A DNA stretch of 63,670 bases, taken from NCBI GenBank assembly GCA_021162785.1, contig JAGGYA010000007.1, positions 1 to 63,670 on the forward strand. The letters run 5' to 3'. Made by a program: the position numbers and the translations under genes. Below are positions 19,282-30,628 of this stretch, piece by piece. The notes under the pieces were generated by a model. The model saw only the letters and a list, made by a program, of their open reading frames with translations. It did no database searches and was not told the DNA's origin. Each line of letters opens with the position of its first letter. Positions within the stretch are counted from its first letter, which is position 1. Source of the stretch: Candidatus Calescamantes bacterium (GTDB lineage Bacteria > CAIJMQ01 > JAADFP01).

Positions 19282-19959
19282 TCACCACCAGTTCAAACCG
19301 GCCTTCCAAATAAAGTATTCACCCACTCCTAAAAGGAGAAACCCAAAAAATTTCTGGATGGCCATCTGCCACCTGCCACTTTTTGGAAGTTTAGATATGA
19401 CCCCGGAGAAAGTTCCTACTATAAGAAAGAGAGTCCCCATACCCAGAGAAAAAGAAAAGAGAAGAGAGGCACCCCATAAAATCTCCCTTTTAAAAGCTAC
19501 TAAGGTCAGGATACCTCCCAAGACAGGAGCAGAACAGGGACCTACTACAATTCCTGAAACCATTCCCGTAAGCAAAGGTCTAACCCACCCCTTTCTCTTA
19601 ATTAAACCCTGTGTCTTCACTGGAAGTCTTATTTCATACAAACCAAACATTCCCAATGAGAGGAAGATAAATATATTCCCCACCACTAAAAGAGTTATAG
19701 GATGAGTGGCGATTGCACCAAAGAGTCGTCCGGTTAAAGAGGCAAATAATCCAAGAACTGTATAAACTAAGGCCATACCAACAACAAAGAGGATTGCTTT
19801 CTTTAAAGAATCTTTCCAGTTTTTCGTTTCTCGAGTTCCGCATATTCCCATAATTACTGGAATTAATGGATAAACACAGGGAGTTAAGCTGGTTAAAAAC
19901 CCACCTGCATAGGCTACTAATATAGAGACAAAGGGGGATTTCCCTACCAAGTTGCCCAT
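19282..19959 (-). CDS. ccdA: Cytochrome c biogenesis / thiol-disulfide transporter CcdA (DsbD family)
   Basis: 225 aa polytopic membrane protein with LTPCVYPLIP and VGPCSAPVLG motifs. Confidence 0.85.
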   Translation of the reverse strand: MGNLVGKSPFVSILVAYAGGFLTSLTPCVYPLIPVIMGICGTRETKNWKDSLKKAILFVVGMALVYTVLGLFASLTGRLFGAIATHPITLLVVGNIFIFLSLGMFGLYEIRLPVKTQGLIKRKGWVRPLLTGMVSGIVVGPCSAPVLGGILTLVAFKREILWGASLLFSFSLGMGTLFLIVGTFSGVISKLPKSGRWQMAIQKFFGFLLLGVGEYFIWKAGLNWW

Positions 19960-20441
19960 TATTGTTTTTCCTGGGAAAATAGAAGTTTTTTAATGTCCCT
20001 TTCAAAAACCTCTTTCTCTCGGTAACCGAGGTATCTTTTCACAACTTGAAGTTTTCTATTGAGAAGGAAATAAGTGGGGATAGCATTTATATTACCAAAC
20101 TTCTTAACAACTTCTTCATTACCGATAAGCAGAGGGTAGTTTATTTTAAACTTTTCTTTAAAACGGGGCAGTTTCCTCAAAGGATACCGGTCCAGGGAAA
20201 TCCCTATTATCTGCAACCCTTTTTCTCCGTATTCCTTTTGGAGTTCTACAAGATGTGGAATAGACGCTCTACAGGGAGGACACCAGGTAGCAAAGAAATC
20301 AATGAGGACAACCTTCCCTTCAAAATCTGAGAGTCTAACTTCCCTTCCTGAGATATCCTTTAAAGCAAAATCAGGCGCCTTTTCAAAAGAGAAAAGTAAA
20401 AAAGAGATGAGCATAAGTGATATAAGGAGCGACCCTTTCAT
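19959..20441 (-). CDS. TlpA/ResA-like periplasmic thioredoxin
   Basis: 160 aa. Signal anchor plus FFATWCPPCR active site. 1-nt overlap with ccdA. Confidence 0.85.
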   Translation of the reverse strand: MKGSLLISLMLISFLLFSFEKAPDFALKDISGREVRLSDFEGKVVLIDFFATWCPPCRASIPHLVELQKEYGEKGLQIIGISLDRYPLRKLPRFKEKFKINYPLLIGNEEVVKKFGNINAIPTYFLLNRKLQVVKRYLGYREKEVFERDIKKLLFSQEKQ

Positions 20442-21220
20442 TTTTCCTTTCTCCTTTCTATAATTAGTTCAGCCACTTTCTTCCCAGAAAGTAGCATTCC
20501 GCCAAATATAGGACCCATACGGGGACCTCCAAAAATGGCATTCACTGCCATTCCTGTGGCATATACACCAGGATAAATCTCACCCGTATGCTCTACAATA
20601 AACTCCTCACCCCTTTCAGCCCAGAGAGAACCTTCCCCTTTAAGATCACCTGTAGAAGTAAATAATTTCTTCCCGGCTTTCTTGACGATTAAGGTAGCTA
20701 TCTCTGCAGAGTGCCCCGTAGCATCTACGAGATACTCTGTCTCAAAGATGAGAGGATCCACATGCAAACCTGCAATCTCTACTGCACTCCAGTTAACCAC
20801 CACTCCTCTAACTTTTCCTTCTACCATAACCACATCTTCCACCGAAAAGAGATTAAACACTTTTCCTCCATTTTTTACCACCTGTGCAGATAGAGTCCCT
20901 GCCAGTTCCACAGCATCCAAAGAATAATATCCCTCACCCTCATTTTTAAAGTTAATCCCCAAATCTTTAACCACTCTCATAGCATCTTCCTGAACCACTA
21001 CACGATTAAACATCATACCTCCACCCCATATTCCTCCTCCTGCACTCAATTTCCTTTCAAATACCACCACCCTTATCCCTTCCCTTGCCAGATAAAAAGC
21101 AGCAGTAAGTCCGGAAGGGCCTGCTCCCACTATTCCAACTTCAGAACTCATAAATTCCTTTAAGTCTTTCCAGAAACCATCTACTATTATTCGCGTGATT
21201 TCCTTCTCCCTCACTCTCAT
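20438..21220 (-). CDS. thi4: Thiazole synthase Thi4 family (sulfide-dependent ADP-thiazole synthase type)
   Basis: 260 aa. VGAGPSGLTAAFYLA..G..V.VFER dinucleotide fold plus the conserved Thi4 core. AGGAGG SD. Confidence 0.9.
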   Translation of the reverse strand: MRVREKEITRIIVDGFWKDLKEFMSSEVGIVGAGPSGLTAAFYLAREGIRVVVFERKLSAGGGIWGGGMMFNRVVVQEDAMRVVKDLGINFKNEGEGYYSLDAVELAGTLSAQVVKNGGKVFNLFSVEDVVMVEGKVRGVVVNWSAVEIAGLHVDPLIFETEYLVDATGHSAEIATLIVKKAGKKLFTSTGDLKGEGSLWAERGEEFIVEHTGEIYPGVYATGMAVNAIFGGPRMGPIFGGMLLSGKKVAELIIERRKEK

Positions 21221-21323
21221 TTACTCATCCTCCTTTAGGAATAAGGATAATAAAGAAATAATTGACCGTCAATCTTTACTTCATTAGCAGGGTAAATTTT
21301 ATCACTTAAAAAGGGAATTAGTT

Positions 21324-22926
<1,603 letters not shown>

Positions 22927-22927
<1 letters not shown>

Positions 22928-24243
22928 TGCTTGAGGGTCTTAGAGAAAGACTGAGTGGAATATTCAGAAAACTGCGAAGAGAAGCGATAATTACGGAGAA
23001 GAATCTTCAAGAAGCTTTAAAAGAAGTGAGAATTGCTCTTTTAGAAGCAGATGTAAATTTCCGAGTAGTAAAGGAGTTTTTAGAAAAGACAAAAGAGAAA
23101 GCACTGGGAGAAAAAGTTTTAAAAAGTGTTACACCTGCTCAGCAATTTATTAAGATTGTTTACGATGAATTAGTAGAACTCATGGGTGGGAGGAAATCGG
23201 ATCTCCTCACTTCTCCCTTTCCTCCTTCCATATATATGCTGGTAGGCATTCAGGGAAGTGGGAAAACTACCACCTGTGCCAAACTGGGAGAATACCTAAG
23301 AGAAAAGGGGAGAGATGTTCTTTTAGTTGCTACAGACACAAGACGACCAGCAGCAAGGGAGCAGTTAAAGATGTTAGCAGAAAAATTAAATCTTCCCTAT
23401 TACTTGGAGGGAGGGGATCCTCTACAAATTGCTTTGAATTCCTTAAAATTGGCCCGGGAAAAGGGGTATGATACAGTGATTCTGGATACTCAGGGACGAT
23501 TACATGTGGATGAAGAATTGATGGAGGAACTCAAAGTAATGAAGGAAAAAATAAACCCTACTGAAACTTTGTTGGTGGCAGATGCAATGACTGGACAGGA
23601 AGCAGTAAATATTGCTTCCATTTTCCATCACAAAATTGGAATAGACGGAATTATTCTCACCAAAATGGACAGTGACACCCGTGGTGGTGCAGCCCTTTCC
23701 ATGAGGATGGTAACAGGTTGTCCAATAAAATTTATTGGAACTGGAGAATCCCTCAAAGACATAGAAGTCTTTCACCCTGAAAGAATTGCCTCTCGAATAC
23801 TTGGTAAAGGAGATGTAATAACACTGGTGGAGAAAGCTCAGACTCTGGAAGAAGATGCAGAAGAAATGGCTAAAAAAATTAAAGCAGATGAATTTAATCT
23901 GGAAGACTTCCTTAACTATTTCCAAAAAATGAAGAGGATGGGTCCCATTGAAAAATTACTGGATTATCTCCCCATAGAGAAGAGTATACGAGAAATTCCT
24001 CTGGATGAGAAGTATTACAAAAGAGTAGAAGCTATTATTCTTTCCATGACTCCTGAAGAGAGAAGAAATCCTAAAATAATCGATGGTAGTAGAAAAAAGA
24101 GAATTGCACGAGGCAGTGGCACTACTGTTCAGGAGGTAAATCAACTTTTGAAACAATTTCAGCATACAAAAAAAATGATGAAAGAAATGGTAAAATACGG
24201 GCAAATTATGAAGAGAAAGGGTTGGTTACCACCTATAACCTAA
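22927..24243 (+). CDS. ffh: Signal recognition particle protein Ffh
   Basis: N, G ([26 protein letters not shown]) and Met-rich M domains. ATG 22927 overlaps the upstream stop; GTG 22924 is also possible. Confidence 0.95.
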
Positions 24244-24256
24244 AAAAGGAGGAGTT

Positions 24257-24493
24257 ATGGCGGTTAGAATAAGACTCTTAAGAATGGGAAGGAAACACTA
24301 CCCTTTCTATCGAATTGTGGCAGCGGATAGTCGTTCACCTCGTGATGGGAAATATCTGGAAGAAATTGGCTATTATGACCCAAATACCGAACCTCCCAAA
24401 GTTAAGATTGATGAAGAAAAACTCCAGAATTGGCTCAAGAAAGGAGCGCAGCTTACCAGTGCGGTGAAGAGTTTATTGAAGTTTGCAGAATGA
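24257..24493 (+). CDS. rpsP: 30S ribosomal protein S16
   Basis: 78 aa; [31 protein letters not shown]. Confidence 0.95.
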   Translation: MAVRIRLLRMGRKHYPFYRIVAADSRSPRDGKYLEEIGYYDPNTEPPKVKIDEEKLQNWLKKGAQLTSAVKSLLKFAE

Positions 24494-25236
24494 CTTTTTA
24501 CATTCTTACCATCTTCCCAGAATTCTTTGCTCCATTTTTGGAAAAGGGGATAATTGCAAAAGGGATTGAGAAAGGGAAAATAAAAGTGATAGTGAAAAAT
24601 TTAAGAGATTTTACCCATGATAAAAGAAGAACTGTAGATGATTATTCCTTTGGAGGAGGGGGTATGGTACTAAAACCAGAACCTATATTTGAAGCTATGG
24701 ACAGAATCAACGAAGAAATCGGAAATGAAAAAAAACGGGTTATACTCCTTACTCCCCAGGGGAAACTCTTTACACAGAGATTGGCTGAAGAGTTATCAAG
24801 GGAAAAATTTCTGGTTTTGATCTGTGGGAGGTATGAAGGGGTAGATGAAAGAGTAAGAGAACATTTGGTAACTGATGAAATTTCCATTGGTGATTATATC
24901 TTAGCAGGGGGTGAAATACCTGCTCTGGTAATTCTGGAGAGTGTGAGCCGAATTATTCCAGGAGTATTAGGAAAAGAAAAATCATTTGAAGAAGACTCCT
25001 TTACCCAACCTTTTCTGGACTGGCCCCATTATACCCGCCCCAGAGTTTATCGTAATTTTTCCGTTCCCCAAATTCTTCTTTCAGGGAATCATGAAGCAGT
25101 TAAAAAGTGGAGGCTACGGGAAGCATTGAAAAGAACCCTGGAAAGGAGACCGGATCTCTTAAAGGAAGAATACTTAGATCCTGAGGCTTTAGAGATCCTT
25201 AAGGAGATAAAAGGGGGTAAAAATGAAAGTAATTGA
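24490..25236 (+). CDS. trmD: tRNA (guanine37-N1)-methyltransferase
   Basis: Start at ATG 24490 (ATGA overlap with rpsP) gives [13 protein letters not shown]... Contains [16 protein letters not shown] and [11 protein letters not shown]. There is no rimM between rpsP and trmD. Confidence 0.93.
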   Translation: MTFYILTIFPEFFAPFLEKGIIAKGIEKGKIKVIVKNLRDFTHDKRRTVDDYSFGGGGMVLKPEPIFEAMDRINEEIGNEKKRVILLTPQGKLFTQRLAEELSREKFLVLICGRYEGVDERVREHLVTDEISIGDYILAGGEIPALVILESVSRIIPGVLGKEKSFEEDSFTQPFLDWPHYTRPRVYRNFSVPQILLSGNHEAVKKWRLREALKRTLERRPDLLKEEYLDPEALEILKEIKGGKNESN

Positions 25237-25564
25237 AGCATTGGAAAAGGAAATGATGAAAAAGAATATCCCCGATTTCTCAGTAGGGGATACTGTGCGA
25301 GTTTATGTAAAATTTTATGAAGGTGGGAAAGAACGAATTCAGCCTTTTGAAGGAATAGTGATCAGGAAAAGGGGAAGTGGGATACGACAAACCTTTACCG
25401 TAAGAAGAACGAGCTTCGGAGAAGGGGTAGAAAGAATATTCCCCCTTCATTCTCCGGTAATTGAAAAAATCGAAGTCCTAAGAAAAGGAAAGGTTCGTAG
25501 AGCTAAACTCTATTACTTAAGAAGCAAGCGAGGTAAGAAACTGAGAGTAAAGGAAAAATCTTAA
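25223..25564 (+). CDS. rplS: 50S ribosomal protein L19
   Basis: 113 aa; ..[22 protein letters not shown]... Confidence 0.95.
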   Translation: MKVIEALEKEMMKKNIPDFSVGDTVRVYVKFYEGGKERIQPFEGIVIRKRGSGIRQTFTVRRTSFGEGVERIFPLHSPVIEKIEVLRKGKVRRAKLYYLRSKRGKKLRVKEKS

Positions 25565-25567
25565 AAT

Positions 25568-26155
25568 ATGCCAGTTTCTCATATAGAAAGAAGTCTATGG
25601 GAGCAGGGTTACCAGAGGATTGTAGGAGTGGATGAAGCTGGTAGAGGCCCTTTAGCAGGTCCAGTAGTAGCTGGTGCGGTAATTCTTCCTCCTTTTAAAG
25701 AATTTGAATTAATCCAGGATTCAAAATCTCTTACTGCTCGAGAAAGGGAAAAAGCCTTTCATTCCATCATAGTAAATGCTCTCGATTGGTCCATAGGTAT
25801 TGTAGATGCAAGGAAAATTGAAAAAATCAACATATTGGAAGCATCTCGGATAGCCATGAAAGAAGCCATTAATGGGTTAAGAATAAAACCTGATTTCTGC
25901 CTTATTGATGCCCTGAGTTTGTCTCTACCATTTCCTTCTTTAAGCATAATAAAAGGGGACAGCACCTGCCAGTGTATTGCAGCTGCCTCCATTTTGGCGA
26001 AAGTGTTTCGTGACTGGCTAATGAAAAAAGTATCTTTAATCCTTCCTTTTTATGGTTTTGAGAAACATAAAGGTTATGCCACCCCTCTACATAAAAAAAA
26101 TATTAAGGAACATGGTCTCTCTCCCCTTCACCGAAAAACTTTTAAACTTCTCTAA
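25568..26155 (+). CDS. rnhB: Ribonuclease HII
   Basis: 195 aa; VGVDEAGRGPLAGPVVAGAV, DSK.L, KGY. Confidence 0.92.
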   Translation: MPVSHIERSLWEQGYQRIVGVDEAGRGPLAGPVVAGAVILPPFKEFELIQDSKSLTAREREKAFHSIIVNALDWSIGIVDARKIEKINILEASRIAMKEAINGLRIKPDFCLIDALSLSLPFPSLSIIKGDSTCQCIAAASILAKVFRDWLMKKVSLILPFYGFEKHKGYATPLHKKNIKEHGLSPLHRKTFKLL

Positions 26156-26516
26156 GAAACGCTCCACTGGAGATTTGGGTGAGAGAATTGCATGTAAATT
26201 TCTTCGGAGGAAGGGATTAGTGATTTTAGAAAGAAACTTCCGAATCCGGGGCGGAGAAATTGACATCATTGCACAAGAGGGTGATGTCACTGTGTTTATA
26301 GAAGTAAAAACACGTATTTCTTCTTCCTTTGGGACTCCAGGAGAAAGCATTGATAAAACAAAGATAAAAACCCTTCGGAAAGCTGCCCTATTCTACCTTA
26401 AAAGGAAAGGGAAACCTTTTCAGGCCAGATTTGATGCCATAAACATTTATCTTCAACCCGATCAAAAACTCAAATCCTTAGAATGGATAAAAAATGCTTT
26501 CCCCTTTCAAGAATGA
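26112..26516 (+). CDS. YraN family endonuclease (UPF0102)
   Basis: G.LGE..A..FL...G..ILERNFR...GEIDIIA....V.FIEVK pattern. Start is probably ATG 26112; the ORF-track start 26052 lies deep in rnhB. Confidence 0.75.
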   Translation: MVSLPFTEKLLNFSKKRSTGDLGERIACKFLRRKGLVILERNFRIRGGEIDIIAQEGDVTVFIEVKTRISSSFGTPGESIDKTKIKTLRKAALFYLKRKGKPFQARFDAINIYLQPDQKLKSLEWIKNAFPFQE

Positions 26517-26552
26517 AAAATCTTTCAATTTAAGTGTGTTAGAATAGGTTAA

Positions 26553-28172
26553 ATGCAGGAAACAGAAGGACTTATTAGTCCAAAGGGAGAAGGTCTTCCC
26601 CGAATCATTACAGACTTTGTGGTAGTAGGAAGTGGGGTAGCAGCCTTAAGATGCGCCCTTACTCTGGCCAAATATGGGGATGTCCATCTCATCACCAAGG
26701 GGAAATTGGTGGACTCTAATACATTCGAAGCACAGGGAGGTATTGCAGTCCCCCTTTCTCCCGACGATTCACCTAAGAAGCATCTGGAAGATACCTTAGC
26801 AGCAGGATGTGGATTGAGTAATCCCCGTGCAGTGGAAATATTAGTTAAAAAGGGAAGGGAAAGGGTGGAAGAACTTATTGAATGGGGTGCAGTCTTCGAC
26901 CGAGAGAATGGGAAGTATCACCTCTCCAGAGAGGGAGGACATACTCGCAACAGAATCCTTCATGCTGGAGGAGACGCTACTGGAAGAGAAGTAGCACGAG
27001 TACTTATTTCACGAATAATGATAACCCGGAATATAACCTTCCATGAATTTACCTTTGCGGTGGACCTATTGATAGGGGATGGGAAATGCATAGGCCTCAT
27101 TGCTTTCAGGGAGAGGGAGGGATTTATGATCTTCCTATCAAAAGCGGTAATTTTAGCTACGGGAGGCGCGGGACAGGTATTCCGGGAGACTACAAACCAC
27201 CGCCTTATCACAGGGGATGGAATAGCCATGGCCTGGCGGGCAGGTGTGGAGGTAATGGATATGGAGTTTTTGCAATTTCATCCCACATCCCTTTACATTG
27301 CTGGAACAGCTCGCCTTTTAATATCAGAAGCTGTAAGAGGAGAAGGAGGAAGACTTATAAATAAATTTGGTGAACCCTTTATGAAAAAGTACCATCCGGA
27401 TGGAGACTTAGCTCCCCGAGATGTAGTATCTCGCAGTATCTTAGAAGAAATGCTGAGAACTGAAAGCACTCATGTATATCTGGATGTCTCTCATCTTCCT
27501 TATGAAATTTTCCGAAATCGATTCCCTCATATTTTAAAGGCCTGTGAATCGGTGGGAATAGACATTCGAAAGGAACCTATTCCAGTAAGACCCAGCGCCC
27601 ATTATTTCATTGGTGGAATTAGAGTAGATGAAGAAGGAAGGACTTCTCTTCCAGGTCTTTATGCCTGTGGTGAATGTGCAGATTCGGGACTTCATGGAGC
27701 CAATAGACTTGCCTCAAATTCCCTTTTGGAAGGTCTTGTTTTTGGTGAAATTGTGGGAGAAACGGTGGGCAATTCCGAGAAAGAGGAAATCACCATAAAC
27801 TCTATTCCTTATCCATCAAAGTATCCCCAAGGAAGCCACCTCCATCTGGATCTGGAAGATGTGAAGATGTCTTTGAAGAGTCTTATGTCCAGAAATGTGG
27901 GGATTATAAGGGATGAAGAAAAACTTCAGGAAGCCCAAGAAAGAATAGAATTCTGGTGGGGATACATAATGAACAGGGAATTTTTCTCACCCACTGGCTG
28001 GGAACTTCAAAACATGTTAATCATTGCCCGGCTCATGGTGGAGGCTGCTTATTTACGTAAAGAAAGCCGGGGGGTTCATTACCGGAAGGATTATCCTAAG
28101 GAAAAGAGCGAATGGCGTAAACACATTGTTTTAAAAAGAGGCCATAAGCCTATTTTTGTAAAAGGAGGATAA
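26553..28172 (+). CDS. nadB: L-aspartate oxidase
   Basis: 539 aa. FAD fold VVGSGVAALR, QGGIA, FHPT and RESRG motifs. Confidence 0.92.
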   Translation: MQETEGLISPKGEGLPRIITDFVVVGSGVAALRCALTLAKYGDVHLITKGKLVDSNTFEAQGGIAVPLSPDDSPKKHLEDTLAAGCGLSNPRAVEILVKKGRERVEELIEWGAVFDRENGKYHLSREGGHTRNRILHAGGDATGREVARVLISRIMITRNITFHEFTFAVDLLIGDGKCIGLIAFREREGFMIFLSKAVILATGGAGQVFRETTNHRLITGDGIAMAWRAGVEVMDMEFLQFHPTSLYIAGTARLLISEAVRGEGGRLINKFGEPFMKKYHPDGDLAPRDVVSRSILEEMLRTESTHVYLDVSHLPYEIFRNRFPHILKACESVGIDIRKEPIPVRPSAHYFIGGIRVDEEGRTSLPGLYACGECADSGLHGANRLASNSLLEGLVFGEIVGETVGNSEKEEITINSIPYPSKYPQGSHLHLDLEDVKMSLKSLMSRNVGIIRDEEKLQEAQERIEFWWGYIMNREFFSPTGWELQNMLIIARLMVEAAYLRKESRGVHYRKDYPKEKSEWRKHIVLKRGHKPIFVKGG

Positions 28173-28174
28173 GT

Positions 28175-29062
28175 ATGGGAGAAAAAGTGGTCTACCAAAC
28201 GGATCTGGAAGGTATTCCTCTCTTCAAAAGAGGGAAAGTAAGAGATATATACGAAATAAACGGGAAACTACTTATTGTGGCTTCTGACAGAATTTCTGCT
28301 TTTGATGTTATCCTCCCTACCCCTATACCGGATAAAGGGAAAATACTCACTGCTATTTCTTGTTTCTGGTTTAAAAAAACCACCCATATTATCAAAAACC
28401 ATCTTATAACCTGCGATGTGGATGATTTTCCTAAGGAACTCACAAAATTCAGAGAAAAACTGGAAGGAAGAAGTATGCTGGTAACAAAAACTTCTCCCAT
28501 ACCCATAGAATGCGTTGTAAGAGGATATCTTGCTGGAAGTGCCTGGAAGGAATATGAGAGGGAAGGTGAAGTTCAGGGTTTAAAACTTCCATCTGGCCTT
28601 AAAAAAGGAGACCGTTTACCTCATCCCATCTTTACTCCAACTACAAAAGAAGAAGGCAAACACGACAGACCCTTGACTTTTAATGAAGTGGTAGAGCTTA
28701 TAGGGGAAGAAAAGGCAGAGTTCCTGAAAATGGTTTCCTTAAAATTATATGAATTTGCTCGAAACTATGCAGAAGAGAGAGGAATAATAATCTCGGACAC
28801 AAAATTCGAATTCGGAGAAAAAGATGGAGAAATAATCTTGATAGATGAACTTCTCACACCTGATTCTTCAAGATTCTGGCCTAAGGAAGCCTGGACACCG
28901 GGAAAGGAACAAATAAGCTTTGACAAACAATTTGTAAGGGATTTCCTGGAGAACATCGGTTGGGACAAAACTCCTCCTGCACCCACTCTCCCTCCAGAAG
29001 TAGTAGATAAAACACGAGAAAAATATCTGGAAGCCCTCAGGAGGTTAACAGGAAGTGAGTAA
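28175..29062 (+). CDS. purC: Phosphoribosylaminoimidazole-succinocarboxamide (SAICAR) synthase
   Basis: 295 aa; GKVRDIYE, ASDRISAFD, DTKFEFG. Confidence 0.95.
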   Translation: MGEKVVYQTDLEGIPLFKRGKVRDIYEINGKLLIVASDRISAFDVILPTPIPDKGKILTAISCFWFKKTTHIIKNHLITCDVDDFPKELTKFREKLEGRSMLVTKTSPIPIECVVRGYLAGSAWKEYEREGEVQGLKLPSGLKKGDRLPHPIFTPTTKEEGKHDRPLTFNEVVELIGEEKAEFLKMVSLKLYEFARNYAEERGIIISDTKFEFGEKDGEIILIDELLTPDSSRFWPKEAWTPGKEQISFDKQFVRDFLENIGWDKTPPAPTLPPEVVDKTREKYLEALRRLTGSE

Positions 29063-29705
29063 GTGGATCTGTTCTCTCCTTTTTCTCTTTATTCCCCTTT
29101 TTACTTTTCCCTCACAAGAAGAATGGCATTATCTCATCAAATGGATGGGCATTATTGTGGGGACCTTAGACATAAAGGAAAAAGAGGAATCATCCTGTTT
29201 GTGTCTGGAAGGGAATTTAAGAACCTTAGGGATTTATTATCTCCTTTATCCTGTAAAAGATAAAATAGAAAGCAAAATCGATCCGAAAACGGGAAAAATC
29301 CTCTCCTTAGAAGTTAACCTAAGAGAAAAAGGATACAGGAGAAAAGAGAAGAGGGAATTTATGGGAGGGGCAGAATTTGTAGATCCTCTCACTCTCTTTT
29401 ATTTATTAAGGTTTATAAAGGAAGGAGAAAGGGAATTTCAGGTATATACCCATGGAGAAACTAAAAAAATTAAAATAATAGTGGAAAAAGAAGAGGAGCT
29501 GAAAATCTATGAAGATAAATTTGCAACCAGAAAATTAATCCCGGAACTTGACTTTCAAAAGTTCCATGGGATTGTGAAAAAAATTAAAAAAGTAGAAATG
29601 TGGGTAGAAAAAGAAAGCGGTATCCCTCTTAAAATAGAAGCCAAAACATCCTTTGGTCCAGTCACATTGCTTTTAAAAAATCGAAAAAAGTGGGCAAAGA
29701 AATGA
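29055..29705 (+). CDS. Secreted hypothetical protein (DUF3108-like)
   Basis: 216 aa, GTG start, signal peptide. WHYLIKWMGIIVGTLDI.. resembles DUF3108 N-termini. Assignment made by eye only. Confidence 0.4.
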   Translation: MSKWICSLLFLFIPLFTFPSQEEWHYLIKWMGIIVGTLDIKEKEESSCLCLEGNLRTLGIYYLLYPVKDKIESKIDPKTGKILSLEVNLREKGYRRKEKREFMGGAEFVDPLTLFYLLRFIKEGEREFQVYTHGETKKIKIIVEKEEELKIYEDKFATRKLIPELDFQKFHGIVKKIKKVEMWVEKESGIPLKIEAKTSFGPVTLLLKNRKKWAKK

Positions 29706-30628
29706 TTGAATGGGAAAAGATAAAAAGAATCTCCATAAAAGAAAGAAAACACAAAGTTAAAATTGAAGATTTTGCTATTCCATATCAGAAAGGGGGAAGT
29801 TTCCAAAATTTTTTGGATTCCCTCCCTCAAATCCTTAAAGGGAAAGAATTGAGAGAAATGGCCTTTAGAATAATCGAAGCTAAGAAAAAGGGAAAACCCA
29901 TTATTTTTTTGATAGGCGCTCATGTAGTTAAATGTGGTCTGTCTCCTCTCCTCATTGAAATGGCTCAAAAAGGATGGATAAGTATGCTTTCCACCCATGG
30001 AGCCACGACTATCCATGATTTGGAAATCGCTTTCATAGGTGAAACTTCAGAAGATGTAGCTGAAACTCTGAAAAAGGGCATGTTTGGAATGGTGGAAGAA
30101 ACACCTCGTTTATATGCTCAAGCGGTAAAAATAGGATTAAAAGAAAATCTGGGATTGGGTGAAGCTCTGGGGAAATTCATTTACTCAAATCCTTCCCTTT
30201 TTCCATATCGAGATTACAGCTTACTTTACAACTTTTACTGCCTTTCTCTCCCCTTTACCGTGCACATTGCCTTAGGGACTGATACTCTCTTTCAGCATCC
30301 AGAGATTAAAGGGAGTGAATTGGGGGAACTATCCCACAGAGATTTTCTGAGGTTTGCCAGTGAGCTCAAAAGACTAAAGGGAGGATGTATCCTAAATATT
30401 GGTTCAGCAGTCATCATGCCGGAAGTATTCCTGAAAGCCTTTTCATTGGTAAAAAACCTGGGTTACTCTATGGAGGGATTTACAGCAGTGAATTTTGACA
30501 TGATAGAACACTATCGGCCTCGTGAGAATATCCTTCGCAGACCCGGAGGAACCCCCTTCTCTTTCTTAGGCCATCATGAGATAATGATACCGTTACTCTT
30601 TGCTATCCTGAAAGAATTGGGAGAATGA
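29702..30628 (+). CDS. Hypothetical protein, weakly deoxyhypusine-synthase-like
   Basis: Start set at ATG 29702 (ATGA overlap). IIFLIGAHVVKCGLSPLLIEMAQKGWISMLSTHGATTIHDLEIAF.GETSE resembles the DHS-like NAD-binding fold. Unverified. Confidence 0.35.
   Translation: MIEWEKIKRISIKERKHKVKIEDFAIPYQKGGSFQNFLDSLPQILKGKELREMAFRIIEAKKKGKPIIFLIGAHVVKCGLSPLLIEMAQKGWISMLSTHGATTIHDLEIAFIGETSEDVAETLKKGMFGMVEETPRLYAQAVKIGLKENLGLGEALGKFIYSNPSLFPYRDYSLLYNFYCLSLPFTVHIALGTDTLFQHPEIKGSELGELSHRDFLRFASELKRLKGGCILNIGSAVIMPEVFLKAFSLVKNLGYSMEGFTAVNFDMIEHYRPRENILRRPGGTPFSFLGHHEIMIPLLFAILKELGE

Noticed and set aside
21221-21300. Expected TPP riboswitch upstream of thi4
   Set aside because: The leader is only about 78 nt, and neither strand shows the conserved CTGAGA or GG..ACCTGATCTGGATAATGCCAGC elements.
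24494-24500. Missing rimM and KH-protein genes between rpsP and trmD, as a possible deletion
   Set aside because: rpsP and trmD overlap cleanly (ATGA) with no remnant sequence. This is natural gene-order variation, not decay.
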